Source: Vitrella brassicaformis CCMP3155 | Taxonomy: Eukaryota > Protista > Chromerida | Assembly (NCBI GenBank): GCA_001179505.1 | Contig: CDMY01000336.1 | Location: 124,001-188,000 of the forward strand | Length of the DNA stretch: 64,000 nt | Reading direction: 5' to 3' | Shown: piece by piece, positions 13,523 through 24,063 of the stretch | Numbering within the stretch: position 1 is the stretch's first letter | Layout: every line of letters begins with the position of its first letter | Made by a program: the position numbers and the translations under genes | The notes under the pieces: generated by a model | What the model was told of the DNA's origin: nothing | The model's input: only the letters and a program-made list of their open reading frames with translations | Database searches by the model: none

Positions 13523-13829
13523 TCGATGGGATGCGTTGGTAGCCAGCCATGAGTGCGGCTCCACCTTGATCAATTTTGAGCTGGCTCTCGAGGGGTCTGT
13601 CCGCCCTACCGACGCACAGACCCCTCGAGAACTCTCTCAATTATCGGTCAAGGTGGAGCACGCCGCAATTCTCGCTTCTCGATTGGTATCTATCAGTGCG
13701 ATGCCCTTGGATGCAGTCTGTATGTACGTCATAGGAGAGAAAGAGTAAAAGCATTGGATTGGGTGGGTGTGGTTGTGTTGTTTTATTCATCTCTGTGCTT
13801 TTTCTTGATCGGTCGGTTGGTTGGATCGA

Positions 13830-14220
13830 ATCGGTGGGTCACAGGTACCTCCGTACACACCCATATGATATGCCCTCACTGTCTGTCTGTCTGTTGTGTA
13901 TTAGCCATACCCAGGCCATTTGTTCCTTCGTGTACACATACTTACTACACACACTGCGTTGCTGCCCAGCCACTTGCATTACATGTGCGTGTCGTGTGTG
14001 TTGTGTGTGTTGTGAGCGTGTGTGTGTGCGTTCGTGTGTGTGTGTGATCCTTACGTACGTGCGACTGCGCCCGTCTGTGGGTGTCGTGTCCATGCGATGC
14101 GTCTGTGTGTGTGCCGTGCGGACTGGCATGTGTGTGCTCTGTGTTCGATGCCTGCCGTCGAGTGGTGCATGTGCGTGTGTTGTGTGCAAGCATGTGATGT
14201 GTGGGTGGACGGACCCTCGC
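13830..14220. repeat. Degenerate (TG)n/(TCTG)n microsatellite-rich intergenic tract
   Basis: Dense imperfect TG repeats seen directly; overlapping ORFs are only C/V- or H/T-rich artefacts. Confidence 0.8.
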
Positions 14221-14470
14221 AAGAGCGAGCGGACTCAAACCGATCGTCCGAAAAACAGTCCATCGGTCTGCTGCACCTAATCGAATTACATAATGATGAT
14301 GCACCCACCCACGCCGTGCCCATGATTAATCCAATTGGTGGGCAGAGGAGACGTGACATGAAGACGTCAGTCACGGCCCATCACAAAAGACAGACCACAC
14401 ATCAGATCCATATGCCTCTTATGCCTTCTTGTCCTGGTTAGCTGCCCCCTCCCCCTCTGGCCTGCTGCTG

Positions 14471-15853
14471 CTAGCGGCCCTCCATCTCATCTCGCGACCG
14501 CTTCGTTCCGCGGCACAACTAAGGAACGAGACAGACAGACAGACCGCACGCTCAATGAACAGATGAGCTGGTGGTGTGGCCATGCCTACCTGTTCGTTGA
14601 GCATGGCGTTCTCCTGACGGAGACGCTCATTCTCGGCCTCCAAACACTGCCGGTCGGCCGACTCCTGTGCAGCAGAGATGGATGGACACAAACAGCAGAT
14701 GTCCATGGTGAGTGAAAGGGTCGGCCAGCTGACCTTGACCAGGGCTTTGTGCAGCTTTGCAAAGGTCTCTTCATCTTGCGGATTGATGGCTTCCTTGAGG
14801 GCCTTCTCAAATGTCTTCTGCACTGCTGGGGGCAGGGTGAGCAGTATGGGGAGGACAGCAGCCGCTTCCGCAGGATTTTGCCGAATGACTTCGGTCGTCA
14901 GCCCGAACACATGCGGCGGACTGCCGATCGCCGATGCCCAGAACAGCACCAGGGGAAGGCGATGGTGGCACACTCCAGACAGCGAGGTCAGCATCTGGAC
15001 GGCGACCTCACGATGAATCGACCTGCAGAAACACATGCGTGGACATGCAACAAAGCAGTAAGTGTGCCGCCCATATGTGTGTGTTTGTGTACACACATTG
15101 CTTGCTTCCTTACTTGGCCATGTGTGTGACGCCATCCCACTGCCCCTCCTTTGCGCACAGTCGTAGGTAGTGCAGGGCGAGGACGCGCATCGGAAACAGA
15201 CGGATGAAGACCTTCATGTTGATGTCCTTGAGCCGCGCCTCTCCCGCTCCCTGCTGTGCCAACGACTCAGCCGAGATGTTTTGCAGACTCCCCCGCGACT
15301 CCCACGGTCTCTGAAACAGCTGAAACTGGAAGGGGAGAGTTAAGGGGACGACTTCCATCACACCGCCGCCATTGCATTTGTTGAATGACATTGGGCCGCC
15401 GCCCATCACTGTGGGCATCTCATGCAGCCGGATGGCCTTCCGGCCGGCGTTATCGCCGCTCTGCGCTGCTCGCGCCGCTGCCGCCGTGCCATTGGGGATC
15501 TCCAGGGAGGCGTCAGGAGCGAAGCACGTCACATGCGACTCTGCCACATTGCCCTCATTGATCCTCCCAAAGGTGAAGCACCACGAGGCCACGTCAGCAT
15601 ACACGGCCAGACGGACGTGAACTGGCCTCACAGCATCTCTTCCATGTGACTGGTTGTTGTATGCGTTGCCTTCCTTGGCAAAGGGAAGCTGCTTGGCCAG
15701 TGCGTTGATCTCCCGGAATCGCCTGTCCTTGAAGGTAAACGAGGCCTCAAAACCCCTTCTCTTCAAAATTCTTCTTTCACGGACACTGCTCTTTCCCATC
15801 TCACACCCGCTTCTTTTCGCTTCCTCGTGCTTCGCTGAAGTTTTGGTGTGCAT
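14471..15853 (-). CDS. Hypothetical protein with C-terminal coiled coil
   Basis: 247-aa first-exon ORF 15110-15853, followed by spliced exons SIHREVAVQML...KALVK, ESADRQCLEAENERLRQENAMLNEQ and LCRGTKRSRDEMEGR*. No family recognised. Confidence 0.6.
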
Positions 15854-16064
15854 GGTGTTTATGTGTTTTGGGGTCTCTGCGGTTTAATGACTAGGTGTGT
15901 TTGGACAATGTGTGACGTTCCCTGTGAATGAACACGTATTGACAATCACACACACACAGACACACACATGGACACATGAAATGAGTCCATCAATCGGTCT
16001 GCAGAGACCCCACCCATCTCTTCATGACATGGGTGGGTTGGCCATCGGCCAGCTTGTCAACCTG

Positions 16065-17428
16065 CTATCTGTCTGTGCTGTCCATCAGCTGCAAAGGTCG
16101 GCATCTTCCCGTCACGAATGGGCCAGTAGATCTGCAACACTCAGCAACAGCGCCCGCAACACTCAGTGTGTCTCTGAGGGGCTTCCTGGCGTCACGGCCA
16201 GGGCCTGCCAAGGCACACGAGTCAGTGGATGAGCTGCGGCAGGACAAGGCCGACCTGGCGGTGCAGATCAGCCAGCTGCAGGTGGGAGAGAGGGAGAGGG
16301 ATGAGATGAGCATGATGAGCAAGAACCTTGCGTCGCCGTCGCGGATGGCGTTGGCAGGCAGGCCTGGGGAGGTGACGGTTGCGAGGGGGGTGTAGGGATG
16401 GGGCAGCCCCACCACAGTCATGGGGTACGCGCCCCTGCCAATGGATCCCTGCTGATTGTTGGCGAAGGGTCGTGCGGTCAGGGGCAATGTGAGAGTAAAG
16501 ACGTCGGCCTCGAACGAAGCCGCTGCACACAGGCACAACAAGAAGGGCATGCACCATCTACCCGAAAGCCTCTTCAAACTCAATGTCATTCTCCTTACCG
16601 TGTGCTGCAGCGAGTGACGAGCTCCCTGTGGCATCCGTGAGGAACTTGGCGATCTCTTGGCGGCCCATATCGACGCAGCCCTTGGACAGTCCATCTCCCA
16701 CGCTGGCTACCAGGCTGACGGCCGCCTTGATGGCGTCATCCGTGTCGTCTTCTCCACCCTCACACGAGCGCCACTGCGCCCGGATCACGTCAGGGTTGTT
16801 GCGCAGAGCCGGCAGGAGCCCCGTGAGAATGTCCTTGTGTTGGTGGATGAAGCGGGCGATGAAGGCATACTTGCCGAAGCTCTGCAGCAGGCTGTCGGCC
16901 AGCTGACGGTCACGGAGCCATCCGTCCACCACCACCTGTAAGCCGCAACAGACAGACCAATGGCGCAGCGCATCAACCGGCATGACCCATACATTTGCGC
17001 TCTCTGACTGACCCGTCTGTGTATGCGCCACAGCAGACTTTGGTGGCTACGGGGTGTGAAGATTTGGTCGGTGTCGAAGTGGAGGTAGTCGAGCGCAATC
17101 ATTGCATCCAGCAGGTTGTCTTTGGTAAGCAACTTGACGATGTCCAGCTCTCGCTGCAGCACCACCAGTCCAGCGGTCCGAGTGACCTTTTCGATGCACA
17201 CCTGCCGCTGTTGGCCCTCTTGAAACTCGCCATCAAGAACCTGTTAATTGACACACACACACACACACACACATAGATAACACACGTGCATATGAGGCGG
17301 GCTCGTGGTGAGTGTGACCTTCTGGAAAAACTTGTACTGCCGTGCGTCACTCTCCTTGACGAGCAGAGGGGCATCTGCCTCCCCATCACCGGCAAACCGC
17401 ACACTGATGCACGGCTCGAGGCCCGCCA
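16065..17428 (-). CDS. BTB/POZ-domain protein (3' end uncertain)
   Basis: Spliced YKFFQK|VLDGEFQEGQQRQVCIEKV...LLTKDNLLDAMIALDYLHFD matches the BTB pattern (F..ll.g.f.E....v.i..v...l...n...ll.aadyl). Confidence 0.75.
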
Positions 17429-17646
17429 TCCCAGAAAACCCTGACACAGACGTTTCCGAGCGCCAAACGCCCCTCGAATAATAATCAGTGATACTACTAA
17501 ATCATCCGGTATGAACAGTCTTAAAAGGCGGGGCGGCCTCGGTCCAGGAAGGTGAAGGGACCGTCGCGTGCGAGCGACCCCAACAGACCCGTCTTCTCAA
17601 GCGCACACAGTACACGAGGGAGGAGTGAGAAAAGAGCAGCTGTCGG

Positions 17647-19188
17647 ATGACCCTCTCCGCCGCCGCCGTCGTCTTGCTCGTCTCGTCGGCCCGCGCCGCA
17701 GCCCAGCCCAGCCCCAGCAGCACTGACGCGTCGCTTGAGCTCGACTGCGACGAGCAGGCAGACGTTTGTGACCTCATACGACAAATATACGACAAAACCG
17801 TCGTCCTGGAGAACGAGCTGCTCGACTTCTGGCTTCGCTACGGGCCGGACGAGGAGAAGGGCGGCTTCTATGGCGAGATAGACGAGAATGGTGTGGGCAA
17901 TGAGGAGAGTCCCAAGTTTTTGCAGCAGCAGACGCGTCATCTGTGGAGGTACGTAGGCGTGCAGACCTCCCCTCTCCATAAGCATCTCTCCTTTGCTTGC
18001 AGCCTCTCGGCCACGTACACTATGAGGGCGGAGAGGCGCGAGGAGGTGGCGAATGTGACCTTGCAGCTGATGCAGTTCATCTACGACAGCTTCTGGGACG
18101 ACGATGCCAACTTCTTCAGCTACAAGGTGCACCTGTTCGCTGGTTTGGCGAACACACACTTCTCTGCTGTGTGTCAACGCGTCTGCAGGTGTCCGCAGAT
18201 GGGGAAAGGGTCCTCGACGCATCCGAGAAGGTCTACAGTAACGCCTTCGCGATTTATGGCTTCTCAGCCTTCGCCATGGCGTTCGCAAACCGATTCCCTG
18301 ACCACGCAAAGGATGCCAGGAAACGCTCCATGCAGGTGTACCGCACCCTGCGGAGCCGATTTGTCGACGAGGCGAATGGCGGCTATATCGACACGCTGAG
18401 TCCTGGCTACAAGGGGCATAACACATTGCTCCACCTTTTGGAGGCGTTCACGAGCTTGTATCTCCTGACCGGAGACGAAGACGTTCTGGATTCGCTGGAT
18501 GAGCTCTTCGCCATCCACTTGGACCATGTCATTGTGGGCGACTACTGTGGGCGCCCACACATGCACACACACACACACACACACGACATCATCCCCAAGC
18601 TCCGAGTCGGATGTGATGTGATGTGATGTGACGTGTGTTGTCTTCGCAGGTCTCGACCTCATGAACATGGACTGGACTCCCGCTGACAACAGAGATGCCA
18701 GCTATGGGCATGGCATCGAGACCGTCTGGCTGCTTCTCGACAGCGCGCGGGCCGTCAACCGAACCTATAGCGGCCTCGTCGAAGCACTCACACAAGTCGG
18801 GGAGCACCACAGTCGCGAGGGCTACGATGCAGAGAGAGGCGGTTTCTACACGTCGTTTCAGATCGCCAGCCCCACGCAGAAAGACACCTCAAAGGTCTGG
18901 TGGGTGCAGGCCGAGGCTCTGCTGGGCATTTGGGCTATGTATGAGGAGACGGGAGACATCGAGTACCTCAGGCGGCTGCTCGGCATGGTCGAGTGGATTG
19001 AGACCTATCAAAGAGTGGACAAGCCGGGTCTGCACGAGTGGTGGGTAGCGACAGGCGAGACGGGCAGCCCCCCCGGTTTCAAGACTCTGTCGTTCGAGTG
19101 GAAAAGCAGCTACCACACGGTGAGGGCTCTGCTGTTCCTCAACGCCTGGATCAGCAAGTCGGGGGTGGTCGGGCCGACTACGACATGA
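17647..19188 (+). CDS. N-acylglucosamine 2-epimerase superfamily, cellobiose 2-epimerase-like, with signal peptide
   Basis: Motifs DEEKGGFYG, QTRHLW, YSNAFAIY, GHNTLLHLLEAF, SYGHGIE, KVWWVQAE, WKSSYHTVRA. N-terminus MTLSAAAVVLLVSSARA; three introns. Confidence 0.88.
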
Positions 19189-20058
19189 ATGAAATACGGA
19201 GTGCAAAGTGCCTGCGGATGCCCATGTGTCCATGGTGGGTCGATCGCCAACCGTCGAGGAATGGCAGGAAGAGGAATCGCTTTGAATTAGCGCCGGTCAC
19301 TGCGCTGCTCTCGGTGCTCTTTGCCGCTGCCGCATCATGGTGATGTTTGTACAAGGACAACGAAAGAGTGAGTGCTTAAAGAAACAATGGGGACTCACCG
19401 AAGGGGTCAAGAGCAGTGCTCATTGATCCATCGATGTCTTATACCGGCCCGCCCACCGGCCGACGTGCCAGAGCACATGTGTTGGGTGTGTTGCATATTG
19501 TCTGGGGCCTTTTTGCGTTCTGCTACGTCCGTCTCTCTGCTCGCATACACCTACATGTGAATGTGAATGTGTGTGTGTGTGGTGTGTGTGTGTGTGTGTG
19601 TATGTGTGTGTGTTGGGTGGTTGGTGGACATTCGGGACGTGCTGAACGTGTGTATGACGAGTAATGCTGTACGCGCATCCATCCATGCAGTCAGTCATAC
19701 GACTCCGAAACCGCTCGTATATACACAGACAGATAGACAGATAGACACCATGCCAATCAATGCAGAGAGGGAATACGCAAGACACGCAGGCAGGCAGAGA
19801 GTGCGAGAGCGAGACAGAGAGAGCCTATGCACAGCACACAAGGACGGACCTACACACCCACACACCCACATACAAATACATCACATGCACTGACAGACAC
19901 CACAACCACACACAGCGTATCCGTCCCGGCCATGCATCTCTCTCTCTCTCTCTCAGCTACCGACATCCTCTCTATCCTCTCTGTGTTAGTGGTGCCCTGC
20001 GGTACGACACAATGTAAGTCAGCCAGCCACCAGCCAGCCATGCCCATCTATCCGTCTG

Positions 20059-20190
20059 ACTGACTGACTGTGGGGGACCTGTGTCTTGATGAGCCCATCG
20101 GTGCGGTGTCGTCAGTGCCGGCAGAGTGGCCGCACTGACGACACCTCACGACTCGGGGCATCAAGACACAGGTCCCCGACAGTCATCAGT
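20059..20190. ncRNA. Long foldback (candidate pre-miRNA/siRNA precursor or MITE)
   Basis: Perfect 19-bp arms 20073-20091/20159-20177 and perfect 14-bp arms 20105-20118/20132-20145, with partial pairing in between. The structure is directly seen; an RNA function is not shown. Confidence 0.45.
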
Positions 20191-20654
20191 GGAAGGACTG
20201 ACTGACATGAAAGAAAACTAGACACACTCTCTCTGTCGCAGGCAGCTATGATTCCTCCCTCCACCCAGTCGTCAGATAAGGCTGATAGGAAGAGTCAGCA
20301 CGGTCAGGCGAGTGCGGGCCGGGCCGCGTGAGCCAAACACAGGCCATTGCCACACCACACGAGAATCGAGACGACTCGCCGCCCCACACGCGTCAACAGG
20401 TATAGACACACACACGTGGGGTGGGGTGGGGTGGGGTGGTTGACTCGACCAAAAGCAAAAGGAGAGGACGTGTCTTGTCGCGCAACGCACACACGAGGCG
20501 GACGGGTGTGGCATGCTACTGTGTGAGTGCCTTGCCGTGTCTGCCCATCTCCTCTCTGCTGCTCTTTGTCCTCTCTCTCCGACCCACCCCCACCTCACCG
20601 GTCCGGTCGGCCAATGCTCATGAGTGGGGGCAATGGGAGGGGAGGGGCGGAGTG

Positions 20655-20688
<34 letters not shown>

Positions 20689-21015
20689 AAGGGACGAGCG
20701 AGCCAGCCGAAGAGACACACTGGTGTGAACAAACACGCGGACATTAGGGAGAGGCAGACCATCCATCCATCCATCCGTCCATCACCGAGTACCACAGCAG
20801 ACAGCACACCACACGAGAGGAAGTCCCCACCGGCCCCCCTCTATCTATCTGCCGCCCACACATCCGTCCAGAGAGAATATGTCGGGCGGATCGCTCCAAT
20901 ATCAGCACCGCACCACCGCCCTGCCTGACACACACCGAATGATAGAAGGCACACCATTAGGTACGTCGTGTGCGCATCTTCTGCTCGTCTCAGTCGTGTT
21001 TGATGCAGACATACC

Positions 21016-22300
21016 TCAGCTGTCTATTGGTCTAAGAGCTCGGCCGCGATGATGGCCCCCAGGACCGCATGCGCCAGCCGAGTGGTCTGCGGGAAGCGGT
21101 CCCTGAAGGCACCGCCCACACCAGCCACAGCCGACTCGGTGGTGTGGATGCGCACATACACTGCGAACGAATGACAGGAGAGGACGGCAGATTAGAGCTT
21201 GGATTAGAGTGAGTGGTGTGCTGGGCTGGGCTGACCATTGTCGGTGTAATTCTCGAGGGTGATCCACGCCACGAAGGGGTGGCCGGCGTCGGTCAGGATG
21301 AGACGACGAGCAAATTGGCCGAAGAGGTGGAAGCGGAATGATGGGGTGGTGGTGCATTTCCCCACTGCTGTGGGGGGGGACTGTGTCATGAGGGTGTGCA
21401 GCCGGTTGTTGTCGTCACGCCTGACCAGTAAAGACACACATAACACACACTCGTGCGTCGTGGCAGTGCCCTGACAGAGTGATGCCCCGCCTCACCTGTC
21501 GATGAAACGGCTAGTTCTGTTGGTCTGGTGAGTCTCCCTGAAGTGGTCGAGGACGATCTTCTTGACACACGACGACACAGACGAGTAGTCCCAAGGAAAC
21601 ACCGACCGGTCGAGCCAGCCCCCGGGCGACAAATAGTCGATGTTGCTGCGGACGGGCGGGTCGTGCGGCTGTCGGTGCTGCTGGTAGGGGTGGTTGGGAG
21701 GGAGGGGCGGGTCGACGTCCAGTCGGAAGCCGGGCTCGTCCTTGATGGCCCGCCACCATCGGCACGGCGGAAGATCTGCAGGCGGCTGTCACCGAAGCTG
21801 ATGTGGCGGCCGACCACCATGAGCTGCGCCAACACACGAGCTACCAATCTATACGCCTACACCACAGACACACACATACAGACGAATGAATAAGGCCTCT
21901 CTGCTCTCCCCTGCCCCTCTGTGGGAGATGCCGTACCGTCTTGCTTTCGTGTAGGTCGTCGGCCGTGACGATGACCGGCAGCTCACAGCAGCCGCACTGC
22001 GCAGCCAGCTCAATCACCTCACCCACCTCCACCCATCTCCCCTCCTCCATCACGTACACAGCCGCCAGCAGGTGATACACGCTAAACTGGTCGTCATCGA
22101 ACCGCAGTAGCTGCACTTGCCGCCCATGCACCATCCGGTGCAGCCCTGCCTGTTCGCTGAGGGAATGGCTGAGTCGCTGCCGCAGCTGAGGCCTCCCGCC
22201 CAGCTGCAGGTCTCCCTCAGACGCAGGATGTCATCGAGGCTGAGAAGGAAGAATGTGCGGCGGCCGACGAAGATGTACTCGAGGGGGTGCTGCTGCTGGT
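21016..22300 (-). pseudogene. Frameshifted copy of a lineage-specific gene family (paralog of 40004-41654)
   Basis: Shares HP..YIFVGRRTFFLLSL.DILRLRETC and LLRFDDDQFSVYHLLAAVYVMEEGRW motifs with the second copy, but carries a 13-nt deletion (~22195) and a 4-nt deletion (~21753) relative to it. Confidence 0.75.
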
Positions 22301-23699
22301 TGGGCTGCTGGTTGGGGGTCGTCAGACCTGCCGACAGTGAGCTGCCGCCCCCCTCATGCTGCTGCTGTGTTGCTGCCGCAGCACCACCCGCACCAATTGA
22401 GCCACCTGAAGGCACCATAACACAGCACAGGACGGTCATGACAATGTGCAGTCCACCAACAGCAGCCGATGCTTTCCGTACCTCCACTGTGTCCACCACC
22501 ACCAGCAGCAGCAGCAGAAGGATGGCTGATGTCTACGCGTCTACGCTTCTCGGCGCCGAACGGACTCATGTACTGCGGGGGCATGCGTCCGAGTCGGAAG
22601 AGCCCACATTGCGTCTTCGTCTCGTGTGTTGTGTCGTTACGTACCATTGGTGGGGGCATCGAGGCCACATCGCCACGAGCTGTCGGAGAGCCAGCCACAC
22701 CTGATCCACACACCAGATCACATGTGACATCGACATCAGCACTGGGTCTGTGTGCGTGGCGGCTCACCAGCAATGGGCACGGCGTGTGCCGGCTGTGCGG
22801 TGGGTAGCTGTTTGGTGAAGTCGCGGCCCTTGTTGCGGTTGTCCTTCATCCACAGCTCCGTCATGTCAGAGAGCTGAACCTGCAGCCAGCGGTAGAGAGA
22901 GCAGAAAAGGCACCAACATTGATTGCACCTACCCAGTGGATCTTGTGTGGTCGTTGCCTGCCTGTCATGTGTGGGTATCTACCTGCAGTGTGTTGCATCC
23001 GTCGTACATGTTGCGTCCGTTGACTTGTGTGAGGGCCTGCGCGGCGTCGGTGCAGCTCTGGAACTGAATCCACGCCTGCGCCATCCCTGGCACCCTCCCA
23101 AACAACACTATCTGCAACAAATGACACACCACAGACACATATGACGCAAGCTGCTTTGTTGTGGTGGTGTCTGTGTCCACTGACCTTGTCGACGAATCCG
23201 TATCTGGAGAAGATGCGCTCTAATGCGTCGATCTCGACGGCGTACTGCAAGTTGGTGACGGTGACGAGCAGGATGCGGCAATCGGCGCTGCGCTCCTGGT
23301 TGGTCTCCACAGACTCGGGCGTGCTGTAGCTGCCCTGGATGGTGCACCCACGGATCACCACACCGCCCTGACGCACCTGAGCCAGCGCAGCCGACGCAGC
23401 CGGCCCGTCCTGCTCACATGACACATGACAGACATCTTGTGTATGGTGGGTGGGTTCATGAAGAATGTTATTTCCACCCTTCTCCCTCCTCCGTCCACCC
23501 TCCTCCCATATACCGGGAACTCTACAAGCGCCTGTCCAGCACTCGGGACGTGGAACATCCTGAGTTCCTGCCCCATGGTGAATGGCGAGAAGGCCTCCTT
23601 GATCTCCAACTCGCTGACGTCCCGCGGCAAGTTGCGAATCAGCAGCACACGACCCGGCGGCGCGTTGAGACCCACACCCTGCCGCTTCTGAGCCGTCAT
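22050..23699 (-). CDS. Polypyrimidine-tract-binding protein / hnRNP L-like, two RRMs
   Basis: RRM1 RVLLIRNLPRDVSELE...QALVEF. RRM2 ILLVTVTNLQYAVEIDALERIFSRYGFVDK|IVLF...QAWIQF...NGRNMYDGCNTLQ|VQLS...N..KGRDFT has the PTB RRM2 signature. The exon chain is phase-consistent to a stop at 22050. Confidence 0.85.
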
Positions 23700-23968
23700 G
23701 CTGTTGTCGTGGGCAGAGGCGGCTGCCCGCCCGAGGTAGCCACGGGGAGCTGGGAGTGTGGCGGTGAGTGTGGGTGTGTGGGCATGGTGGCAGCAGCAGC
23801 GGCCATGGCCGGGCTGGCCTGCGATGAGTCGATGGACATACTGCCGCCTGCAGAGAGCCCCTGACGTCCAGCAGAAACGGGCTGCGAATAGCTGCCAAAG
23901 GCCGAAGAGAGGCAATGGGATGGTTCACTCATCCGCTGCGGACGGGGGCGGACCGGATCTGCCTCCAT
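23696..23968 (-). other. 90-codon upstream ORF whose TGA overlaps the PTB start codon (ATGA)
   Basis: ATG at 23968 is open to TGA at 23698-23696; the main ATG is at 23699-23697 in a different frame. Confidence 0.5.
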
Positions 23969-24063
23969 GGCTCCAAGCCGGCCTCGGTGAGCGCTTTCCT
24001 CGCTCTTTCCCTCTCTCAGGGCGATCGAATCAAAGCTCGCGCAGGTTGCGAGGCCCCAACGCG

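Noticed and set aside
13759-14441. Several 100-170 aa Cys/Val- or His/Thr-rich ORFs
   Set aside because: They are translations of (TG)n/(CA)n repeats, with no splice structure or domain.
19372-20063. Overlapping ORFs downstream of the epimerase
   Set aside because: Microsatellite-derived low-complexity frames.
20417-20438. (GGGGT)4 G-quadruplex-forming run
   Set aside because: One of many pentamer microsatellites in this genome; no specific context.
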